A stretch of 64,000 bases of DNA. Source: Schizochytrium sp. TIO01 (lineage: Eukaryota > Protista > Bigyra: Labyrinthulomycetes). The notes beneath the pieces were generated by a model, which saw only the letters and a program-made list of their open reading frames with translations, had not been told where the DNA came from and did not search any database. A program made the position numbers and the translations under genes. The DNA is taken from positions 62,001 to 126,000 of the forward strand of contig SMSO01000005.1 in the NCBI GenBank assembly GCA_004764695.1. The letters are read 5' to 3'. Positions 46,537-56,800 of this stretch are shown here, piece by piece; the stretch's first letter is position 1; the number at the start of each line of letters is the position of its first letter.

Positions 46537-48432
46537 ATGAACATGGACTCGAACAGACTGCTCAAGGCAGGAGCTGCTGCTGGAGCCGCTTATGCGAGCT
46601 GGAAGTGGCTTGATGATAGGCATGGCATAACTCATGACATTGAAATGGCGCGCCGACTCTTGCCGCTTCGCAAGGAGATTAACGAGCTCAATAAGAACGG
46701 CTTTAACGTGACCGAGCTTTGGCGCAAAGTACTTAGCAAGAACCCGAACAAACCTGCTCTGCTTTATTTAGACGAGGTTGTGACGTATCAGCAGGTGGAA
46801 GACCGCTCGAACCAGGTTTCCAACTGGCTGCTGAGCAAGGGCCTCAAGAGAGGCGATACAGTGGCCTTACTCATGGAGAATCGCCCAGAGTTTGTGATTT
46901 CTTGGCTAGGAATGACTAAAATCGGCGTGAAGGTAGCGCTCATCAACACTATGATCAAGCAAAAACCACTGTACCATTGCATCAAGATTTCCAGCTGCAA
47001 GATGTTGTTTTTCGGCGCTGAGCTCGCAGACCAGGTAAACGACATCAAAGAAGACCTTGTAGAACTTGGCGTAATGCTCTTTGCTACAAGCAAGGTGGAA
47101 AATGTTGACTGGTGCCCCATGGTGACCGCTGAAATTGACGCCTCTCCAACAACTGCAACAAGCCCTAAATTCCGCCAAGGAATTGGAATGCAAGATGTGT
47201 TTGGGTACATCTATACATCAGGAACCACAGGTCTGCCCAAGGCAGCGGTGATCTTACATCAGAAAATGTTTGCTTTTGGTGCGTTAATGACTCGTTCGTT
47301 CAAGGTCAGAGAAACCGATGTAGTCTATACCTGCCTTCCGCTCTTTCACAGTGCTGGTGGTGGTCTTGGCATTGGCATAATGCTGTATACAGGTGCAACT
47401 GTTGTGATCAAGCGCAAGTTTAGCGCGAGTGACTTTTGGACTGACTGCATCAAATACAAATGTACTGTTGTGCAATACATTGGTGAGTTGTGCAGATACC
47501 TCACTCTCTGCGATGAGCGCCCTGAGGAAACCAAGCACTGTGTACGTTTGGCTATCGGGAATGGTCTCCGTCCAGAAATTTGGGGTACCTTTCAAGAGCG
47601 CTTTAACATTCCGGAAATTGGCGAGTTTTATGGAGCTACAGAAGGGAATGGCGCGCTAGTCCAGCACTGTACAAAGCCTGCGGATCGAGGCTCAGTTGGC
47701 CGGGTAGGTAGTCTTATGAAAAAAATCACTGGAATCAAGTTTGCCAAATTCGATGTTGTCGAGGAAAAACCAATTCGTGGGCCCGATGGATTCTGTATCG
47801 AATGTGCAGCAGACGAGCCTGGCGAACTTCTCTTTCTTATCCGTGATGATGACCCAAGCTCCCAATTTGCAGGCTATAATGACCCCAAGGCTACTGCCAA
47901 GAAAATCATTACTGATGCTTTTGTGAAAGGTGATAAATACTTTCGCACGGGAGATCTCCTTAGCCGCGATGCCACTGGTAGGGTCTACTTCCGAGACCGA
48001 ATTGGGGATACGTTTCGATGCAAAGGTGAAAACGTGTCCACAAGTGAGGTAGCAGAGGTTCTTTCCACTTTTCCTGGTGTCGAAGAGCTTAATATATATG
48101 GTGTACAAATTCCAAACCAATTGGATGGGCGCTTTCCGGCTGCGGCTATCACGCCAAAAGATGGAAACATTGCTAATTTAGATATGGAGAAGCTTCTTGC
48201 ACATGCAAAGAAAAATCTTCCTGCCTACGCAATTCCCATGTTTCTTCGAATCCAGACAGAAATTGCAGTCACAGCAACCCTTAAATTACAAAAGGTACAG
48301 CTACGTAAGGAAGGCATGGACATTAACATTATCCAAGATCCCATGTATTGGTTACACGACGAGAAACAAGAATATGTCCCTCTTACACAGGACGACTATG
48401 CACGTATCATTGGTCAACGCGCTCGTCTTTAG
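46537..48432 (+). CDS. Very-long-chain acyl-CoA synthetase / fatty acid transport protein (FATP, SLC27-like) with C-terminal PTS1 (ARL)
   Basis: 631 aa with AMP-binding YIYTSGTTGLPKAA, QYIGELCRYL, GNGLRPEIW, EFYGATEGN and the FATP signature GDKYFRTGDLL...YFRDRIGDTFRCKGENVSTSEV. Ends QRARL*. Confidence 0.96.
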   Translation: MNMDSNRLLKAGAAAGAAYASWKWLDDRHGITHDIEMARRLLPLRKEINELNKNGFNVTELWRKVLSKNPNKPALLYLDEVVTYQQVEDRSNQVSNWLLSKGLKRGDTVALLMENRPEFVISWLGMTKIGVKVALINTMIKQKPLYHCIKISSCKMLFFGAELADQVNDIKEDLVELGVMLFATSKVENVDWCPMVTAEIDASPTTATSPKFRQGIGMQDVFGYIYTSGTTGLPKAAVILHQKMFAFGALMTRSFKVRETDVVYTCLPLFHSAGGGLGIGIMLYTGATVVIKRKFSASDFWTDCIKYKCTVVQYIGELCRYLTLCDERPEETKHCVRLAIGNGLRPEIWGTFQERFNIPEIGEFYGATEGNGALVQHCTKPADRGSVGRVGSLMKKITGIKFAKFDVVEEKPIRGPDGFCIECAADEPGELLFLIRDDDPSSQFAGYNDPKATAKKIITDAFVKGDKYFRTGDLLSRDATGRVYFRDRIGDTFRCKGENVSTSEVAEVLSTFPGVEELNIYGVQIPNQLDGRFPAAAITPKDGNIANLDMEKLLAHAKKNLPAYAIPMFLRIQTEIAVTATLKLQKVQLRKEGMDINIIQDPMYWLHDEKQEYVPLTQDDYARIIGQRARL

Positions 48433-48829
48433 ACCTTTAAATTTCAAAGTTTTGAGAAAGTATACCCACTCGCGTCCTAAATTTAAAAGTTAACAAATAT
48501 AAATTTGTTTGTTTCTCATAATAAATGCATCGGCATATAACCTAAGGGAAGAGTGCTTCCGCTCCAACGCATTTGCGCATACACTTTTTTTAAAAAGTGG
48601 CTTGAGCTATAGATTAATATCATCAATTCTTGAAAGGTAGAATATTACATCTTGTAAATGATTTGTGAAAGACAAAGAACGAATTGTGTGTTGTAGAATA
48701 CGATTTTATAATTTTAATAGTCAAAAAGCAATGGTATAATTGGTCAAAGCCTCACGTAGGGCGTCTGAATTGTCAAAGCCAAGCGCAACCGATGACTGAA
48801 CAAGGTTCAGTTAATCAGCAATACAATAT

Positions 48830-50911
48830 TTAATGGGGCGGGCCGCGAGGGTTAGCCGACCATCTCTCGCGACCGCGAACAATATCCAGACCCTGGTCTG
48901 ACTGAGGACCAGGGGCAGCGAGTGCAGATTGCGGGTATCCGCTTGATGTGGAGCGGCTCCGAAGGATTGTCTCTGGGCTTGTTGCAGATCCCCTCTGCCG
49001 TCTTCGAATGAAGAAAACAGTCGCTGCAGCTAAAAGCGTAGCAGGAACGGCAACACTAATGACGATGTAAATTAAAGACATCGAGTAAGTATTGGACTTT
49101 GGTTCGGTTGTCGGAGCGCTTGTCGGCCACATTGTAATAGTTGCGGCCTTGAAACAGTTTTGGAAAGAACTTGAGCTTGAACATAAACGCGTAGATTGCG
49201 TTCCATCACACATTTTAATTGCAATGGAAGAGTTTGCATTGTCTGTGCATGTGGATGAGTCAACAGTGTACTCCAATGTCATTACTGCTTTGTCAGTGCT
49301 GATGAAAGAATCATATTTGTCACAGTTTCCGCGATTCACGCAGGCTTCCGCCAAGGCAAAGTCGTAATACGAAACTAAATCATCAGCAATGGTGCGTGCA
49401 GAATGCAAACCAACCAATAATCCTTGCTCAGATGCGTATGTCGCCAGGTATGAGTTGTAGGCTATCTGGGCATCTTCAGCAGACGCACGAGTGGTAATGC
49501 TTGATACACCAAGATTTGATCGACATGTGCTATACTCAAGACAGTCCGTATCCATAGGGAAAACACCATGGCATCCAATTTCCGCTGCCGCATCAATTCT
49601 TGTAGCCATAAGGGCACGAAGACCTGTGTCTGTCATGTTCAACCACAAGTCTCCACGAGGGGTTTCTGCGTTATTCTCGATTAGATAGGCTTCCCAAGCA
49701 GCCTTGTTTGAAAGATAGTCCGGGCGCCATGTTTCTAGTGCACCGGCACTAAATGTGCACAGAACGTGGTGACCTTGACCCACAAGGTAATCCACAAGGT
49801 CTGAGTTGAGCCCATCATTGTCATGAAGACTCACAAACACCGCTTGGGTAATCGATACGTTATCCATAAGAAGGCGCTCGTTAGATGAGCGTAGGACTCT
49901 TCGGGAAGTGATCGCATCTGTCTGCTCCTGAACAATTTCAGACATGTTCGCAAAGCCAAACGCTAGATTCGACCATGATACTGGTGATTCGGGCAGTGCA
50001 TACTTGTCCGGGGTTGGCGCAACAGAAGGGCGTACGGTAGGACGAGGAGTTGGTGTTGAAGCTGGAGAGGGTGTGCTGCCGTCATCCCAACAGTTGATCC
50101 ATTCTCCAGAAGTACACAAGTTGCCATTGCCACTACAATATTTCGTAGAAAGCGAATAAGTGTCCGCAGTAGTGCAAGCACCACTGATAAGCGTGTACTC
50201 CGCGTTTAATATTGCTTTGCCGTCTGAAACAAAGGGAGACAACATATCGCACTCGCTGTATCGCTGGCAAGCTTCATTGATGGCAAAGTCGTAATCACTG
50301 TGCATTGTACTTACAAGGTCAAGGGAGTTTTTAAGAGCAATCGCTAACCCTAAGTTATGCGCTGTGGTAATTTGCCATTGATTGTATGCAATTTGAGCAG
50401 TGAGCGCAGCACTCTTACTCCCACTGGTGGATTCAATCTTACCATAACAGTCTGAATTGTCGTAGCAATCGGTGTTGTCAGGTTCGATACCATCGCAGCC
50501 ATATTGCACAGCGCGTTCAAAGCGCGGGGTCATAAGATCCGCCAAGGCATCCAGTTGGGTAATGTCGAGCCATTCTTCGTCCCAGTCAGCCATGTCCCCA
50601 ACCGCAACAGCCATCCAGGCAGTTTCATTAGCGATGCAGTCTGCGCGGAAAGGTTCCAGTGTGCCGACTGAAACATAGCAAATGACAGTTTGCCCAGCTG
50701 CTTTGTAAGTGCTAATGAGATCTGTATCGTCAAGGTCGACAATAACGAGGTCTACACCCGTGGCATCATCTTCTCCGCCGCCGCTCCAGCCCCACGCCAA
50801 GTTTGCATATGTGATGCCGTTTGGCACACTCACAACGCCACTTGCAGGTTCTGCCGTATACAGACAAAACAACACTGCTGTGAGTAATGCATACATTCTG
50901 CTCTGCATCAT
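48830..50911 (-). CDS. Type I membrane protein with two GH114 (endo-alpha-1,4-galactosaminidase / Ega3-like) domains
   Basis: 693 aa with a signal peptide. Domain 1 has VICYVSVGTLEPFR, WDEEWLDI, GCDGIEPDNTDCY, IALKNSLDL and YDFAINEAC. A PT linker precedes a degenerate domain 2, followed by TM LIYIVISVAVPATLLAAATVFFI and the stop-transfer RRRQR. Confidence 0.88.
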   Translation of the reverse strand: MMQSRMYALLTAVLFCLYTAEPASGVVSVPNGITYANLAWGWSGGGEDDATGVDLVIVDLDDTDLISTYKAAGQTVICYVSVGTLEPFRADCIANETAWMAVAVGDMADWDEEWLDITQLDALADLMTPRFERAVQYGCDGIEPDNTDCYDNSDCYGKIESTSGSKSAALTAQIAYNQWQITTAHNLGLAIALKNSLDLVSTMHSDYDFAINEACQRYSECDMLSPFVSDGKAILNAEYTLISGACTTADTYSLSTKYCSGNGNLCTSGEWINCWDDGSTPSPASTPTPRPTVRPSVAPTPDKYALPESPVSWSNLAFGFANMSEIVQEQTDAITSRRVLRSSNERLLMDNVSITQAVFVSLHDNDGLNSDLVDYLVGQGHHVLCTFSAGALETWRPDYLSNKAAWEAYLIENNAETPRGDLWLNMTDTGLRALMATRIDAAAEIGCHGVFPMDTDCLEYSTCRSNLGVSSITTRASAEDAQIAYNSYLATYASEQGLLVGLHSARTIADDLVSYYDFALAEACVNRGNCDKYDSFISTDKAVMTLEYTVDSSTCTDNANSSIAIKMCDGTQSTRLCSSSSSFQNCFKAATITMWPTSAPTTEPKSNTYSMSLIYIVISVAVPATLLAAATVFFIRRRQRGSATSPETILRSRSTSSGYPQSALAAPGPQSDQGLDIVRGRERWSANPRGPPH

Positions 50912-53885
50912 CCTCTATCACAAGACCTTGCGTCTGCGAGCAGGCCCCAGCCGTGCCGCACAATAGAGTTTTGGTTGCTGTCTGCACAGCTCTTTGGATT
51001 CGCAGTGCGCGCTCTTGTTAAATCCTCTTTGTAGTCCTTGTAATATTTTGTATTGAAAGAGAAAAACGGAATCACACCTTAGCGCTGTAAGACACCCAGA
51101 ACTAAGAACCAAGACTATGCCTCCAGCTGGCCCGGAGCCTTAAAACCGTGTCGCCGTCTCCACAGGGCTCCAAGAGCATCTCCGAGTTCAAGTATTGCAT
51201 TTCCCTTCGTACAGCCACGCTCGCTCGCTCGCTCGCTCTCTCGCTCGCTCCCACGCACACACGCACAGTCAGTCAGTCAGTCAGCCTAGCCAGCGTTAAG
51301 AAGCATGACTTCTTGTCCTCGCAATGACCACTGTCCAATTGTATAGTTACTTTAATACACAGGGGATGAGAGCACGTGCAAATTGTGTAAGCAAGGGAGC
51401 ACTCCTGTGGTTCCGAAAGTGGGACGCCTGTCACTCGTCTCCACTGCAGACCCGCTGTCTCTGCGGAGGAGGCCTTTGGTGTCGGCCTCGTCGGAGCTGC
51501 TCGAATGCGCTGCTGATGCTGCAGGTGTTGTGCACGTGAGCGGTAATGCACTCTTAGAGAAGAATTTCTCCCAGCAAAGAGCAGCAAGTCCAAAGGGGCT
51601 TTCTGGAGTTGTGCCGACCGCTCAGCGTTGTCTTGATCTTGTTTCTAGCCTGAGAATCAGCAGGCAGGCACCTAGGAGCAGAGAAGGGAGTGAGTAAGTA
51701 AGCAAGCAAGCAAGCAAGCAGGTCCTGCCTATATGCTGATGTGGTTTGTGCTTTACTCTATGCTGTCTATGGACTTGAGGCTGTTTTAAGAAATCAGGAG
51801 CCTAGTCCAGTCGCATCTAGCCGCTGGAAATGCGAACCAACGAGCTTTCGGTCACCCTCCTTGGCAAATTGGGTGTAGCACCAGCGTACGGTACGAAGCG
51901 CACGATCTTGAAGGTTGGTATTTGGAATGCATGTAGCAGCTTTCAAAGTTATCAGCATTACTATTAAATTGAGCCAGGACGAGTGTTTTTTTAATTTTTT
52001 TATAAACCCTTTCGTAGAATGTGCATGCATGCATGCATGCAGAATATCATCGATGGGACATCCGACCGACCACCCATGCTCATGACTTCATGAACTTGAA
52101 CGAGCAGGGAGATATCTGGATATAAGCTAACGCTCAAGCTTTTTGGCCTGCGTTCAATCACATAGACTACCACCGACAGCTTCGCACCACAGTTTTTTTT
52201 CTAGCAAACAAGATTAGAAGAGGAAGATTGCCAGCGAGGGAGCTGGAGCTTCACTGCAAACAGTTTAGTACTTAGTAGCAGCAGATACTTGGTGCGCTGC
52301 TTCTGCACAATTAAGTCTTGAAGAATAAATTTTTGCTTATCATTTACTCCCTCGCTCAAGCTTCGAGAGACAGCGCCTACAACATTCAGTTTGTGCATGC
52401 GCTGGGTGCAAAGTACATTTCTACACCCACGGCAGAAAACCAAGCCATGACTGTGGCCATCTTCTGAGGAAGATAGTAAGTAGCGCCAGTATTTGTGCTT
52501 GCTTGCAAGAGTAGCAGTAACTCGGAAAGTCGTCAGAGCCGCAGAGCATGACAATGAATTGCCGGACCATCTGCCACCGCGCATGTGTCGCGCTACCGAA
52601 TCAGCGTGCTTGCTCACCACTGGAGCTTCCAAACAACCCAAGAAACAGTGTGTGCAGTAGCAATTTTGTAGTAGACACGACAATTGACGATTATGATGCT
52701 TGCAATTACTGTGAATCTTCAAGTTGAGTAGTATTGAAACGTGCAATGCGGATGCCCACGATGCTCATCATGAGCACGGCGGTGTAACAGTAGACCATCT
52801 TGACGATGTTTTGATATCAATGACCTTCATTGCGGCTTTCCTTCTTTTCTCTAAATGGGATTGTTGGTAGAAACAGGTCGAGGTAGGAGTAGGTAGGTAT
52901 CACCTATGCTACTATATACTTTTACCTCAGCTGGCTGCACACCAGGTGCACGTGTACACCCGCCATCACTCCTACTCCTACTACTTTGAGGCAAGCTCTC
53001 ATGGTGATGACAGCAAAATTTTGATGATCACTGAAGTTTGAAAACTCAATGTTGATGATGATAACCAAATTCCTTTTTGATCATGAGCAGTAGATCCCTC
53101 GTAGAAAAGTGTGCAATACTACTGGAAACCTCTAGAATATTATTTTTGTATTTAGCGGAAGAGAATGAGGAAAACGAAGTGATGCCTGTTCTTCGAGATA
53201 TCCTGAAATTGGTGGCGGCTAGATAATATCTCACTCGCTCAGATTAAAATAGATTCTCACGAGGGAGGGTGAAAATTTCGGAAATGGCTCGCTTTCTAAA
53301 TAGTGTTTTATGGCTTATAAGGGAGCGTGAATCAATCTCTTGGTGAGAGATGGACTTGTGTCAAAAACCTGATTTCCAAAAAACGATGAGCGAGGGATTT
53401 AAACTATCCACCCTTTAATAGTTTTAAAAGTCATGCGTGCAGTGTATATGCAGCTGCCCTAGGCTTGCGATATTATTCGGGGGAGTAGGCCCTATCAAGA
53501 GATTTGGCGGACACACTCTTTCATCGAAGAATAAATAATTTTTTTGGCAGATCTAATAATCTTGTCTCGCAAAAATCGCAACACTTTGGGTAGTAGGTAT
53601 AATAAAGTAGGTAGGTACTACTATTATCCGGTTAGATATTAATTGGGACAGTTTCGAACCGAAGCTACTAAGAGCTCTATTGAAGTTGAGGATTTCATCT
53701 CTATGTGCTACGAGTAGAATCCAGCTTTTCATTGTTAGCTAGGTATTGGATCAACGAGCCGCGGCCAACCTGCATAGTAATTATTTTTTTAATTTCTAAA
53801 AGTAAGAAGAAGAAAACTACGGTATAAAGAAAGAAAAATTACATTTTAAGAATCAGTCTATGCAATACAAGACAAATGCCGCTAA

Positions 53886-56800
53886 CTAATCACGAAAATT
53901 CTCGTGACGAGAGTTATGCGAAAAAACGGTGACTGTTCCATCTACTGAAGAATTTCTACGGCGTCTTGACGATCGCCGGCGACGGTAACTCAGATAAATT
54001 AAGATCAGCACGCACCCTACAGTGGCACCAATTGCACCCGTTACAACTGGGGAAAGTTTAAGTGAATGGCTGTCGCTCTCCTCTTCCACAGCATCTGAGC
54101 TAGACTCATTAGTACCACGAGTTCCTACCGAGCCAAAACAATTCACTTGGGTCGTGTTGTTCGAGCACTCCTGTGAGCTGGCATCTCCACTACACATTTT
54201 TGTAGATACGCCCCATTGCTCAGAGGCATCACAGAGAGAAGTGGTCACACTATATTCACGGTTGAACACAGGCTTGCTGGTGTTCAAAAATTTCATGTAT
54301 GCAGCACACTCACCGCGCGAAATGCAACCCTCAGCCATTGCAAAATCATACTGTGATACCATAAGATCAGCGAGCTTTGAGTTTGCATGCAAACCGATCT
54401 TGAGACTTTGGGAAGAGGCCATAGAAGCAAGCCAATCATTATACGCATACTGTGCAATATCTGCTTCTTCGCGCGAGAAACCAAAGGCACGACGGCATGA
54501 AGCATAACTATTGCAATTTACGTCTAAGGGAAGAATACCTGAGCAACCAATATTTGCTGCGGAGACGATCCGCTTACCCATCAAAATGCGAAGATCAATG
54601 GAGCTGATGTTAAGCCAGTCCCGCGTGTTGGTGAACGCTGTTAGGTTGTTCCATAAAGTGGCATTCTCCTCGTAGTCTGGTCTCCAAGTTTCAAGAACGC
54701 CTGCACTGAATGTGCACATCACAGCTCGAGTGTTGCTGTACAGACTCTGTACAAGCTTAGAGTTCAGTTGGCCATCTTGAGTGTGCAGGTCAACCAAGAC
54801 CACCTCTGCTCCGGTTACATTATCCAAGTCTGCAATACTTGTATCACCAGTGACCGCTTCGATGGTGTCCAGTGCGCGCAAGTGTGGAGAATGAGAATAC
54901 CGTGTGTCGACCAAACGACGCAGGGAATTGGTTGTATCCGAAGCACTTTCACTTGTTGTTGCATTAGCCGCAGTTGTAGTGTTGGTCTCACTGACAGTAG
55001 TGGGAGAATCAGTAGAAGACGCTGTCGAGGTATCGGCAGTATCGATAGGAATACCCACCACGAGGTTCGCCCAGGGAACAAGGTCGCGTGCTTCATAGTT
55101 TATGGGGGGTGCCACAAGCTCGCCTGCTTGCAATGAGTTGAAGCAATTGTGCCAGGTTCCGTCCTGGCACATAAAGTTCACAGTGTTGTTGCCACCATCA
55201 CAGAATTTAAGTTGGATATGCAAACTCTGAGCTTCAGTGCACAGGCTTGTCTGGTTATCCAGATTGTAATGATGAACCCAAATTGATTTGTTGCGTGTAT
55301 AAAACGGGTCATATAAGCTACACTCGTCATAAGAAAGGCAGTTTGAATTGATTGCCCAGTCAAAGTCATCAGCAAGATACTGGACAAGCCCTGGCGCATT
55401 TTGTAAGGCTATCAACATGCCACGCTCGTGTGCTGCACTGGCAAGCCAACGATTGAAAACAAGTTGATCTTGAAGAGCTTGCGTGGCGTTTGGCAGAAAA
55501 GCTGTGCAAGTATCCTGCAAAGCACAGTCCATGAAATCTGGCGCAATTGCACTGCAGTTATGCGCAACTGCCCGATCCAATCTTGGAATCAAGAGCTCTT
55601 GCATAGCTGTCAAGTTGCTAATATTCAGCCAGGCGTTTGATGTTTCCAAGGTAGCATTGAGTGTTGCTGCTTGCCAGGCCGCAGGGTCTGCAAGAACATC
55701 CTCACGGTACAATTCACGCGTACCTGCACTGAAATAGCAGACAACCAGCTTATGTTCTTCATCCCACATGTTGATTTGCTCAGAACTAGTAGTATCCAGG
55801 TCTACCATCACAGCATCCATACCTGTAGCGTTATCTTTTCCTCCATCTGCCCAGCCCCACGCCATGTTTGCAAAGGTGGTATTTGGATTGACTGTCCGCA
55901 TGCCAGTAGGAATTGACATAACAAGGCTTCCAGATGGGTCAATAGCATCAGTAGTCACCATGATTGTTGGGTATGGTGTGGGTGAAGATGTTGTAGGGAC
56001 TATGACTAAGGTCGGATAAGTCGTAGGCTGTAGTGTTGGTTTCTTTGTTGTCGGCTGCAGCGTTGGTTGAGGAGTGGGCTGCAGCGTCGGTTGAGGAGTG
56101 GGCTGCAGCGTCGGTTGAGGAGTGGGCTGCAGCGTCGGTTGAGGAGTGGGCTGCAGCGTCGGTTGAGGAGTGGGCTGCAATGTAGGTTGAGGAGTGGGCT
56201 GCAGCGTCGGTTGAGGAGTGGTCTGCAACGTCGGTTGAGGAGTGGGCTGCAATGTAGGTTGAGGAGTGGGCTCTAAAGTAGGGGGCGATGTGGGACTGGG
56301 TGTGGTGCAGTCTGACCAAGTGCCGTTTACGCACATGCCATCAGCTCCAGCGCACATTTTGGAGGACATACTGTGTGCTGATGCCCTTGAGCAAGTGTTG
56401 CTCTCGAGTTTATACTCAACGTTGAAGACTGCCTTGTTGCTTCCCGTAAAATAAACCATTCTTCCACACTCACTTTCTGAAAGGCATTGTTCGTTAACTG
56501 CGAAATCATAACTGCTGGCCATACTTGTGACGAGCTCCAACGAGTTTTTCAAGCCAATTGAAAGGTTCAAACTATGCGCATATGTGATTTGCCATGCGTT
56601 GTACTCCTTTTGATAGGCAATAGCTTTAGCTCTACTTCCTCCGATTGCCGTGATGTTCATATAACATTCTGTATTGGCGTAGCAATCAGTGTTATCCGGC
56701 TCAATACCATCGCAGCCAGCGGCCGCAGCACGCTCGAAGCGTGGGCCCATGAGTTCTTGAAGAGTATCCAGCTGGGTGATATCAAGCCACTGTTCATCCC

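Noticed and set aside
52201-52746. 181-aa Cys-containing ORF between the GH114 paralogs
   Set aside because: Non-ATG start, no recognisable domain and no similarity to GH114; cannot be supported without expression data.
56055-56270. CRISPR-like regular repeat
   Set aside because: Head-to-tail units without unique spacers, in frame within a eukaryotic CDS.
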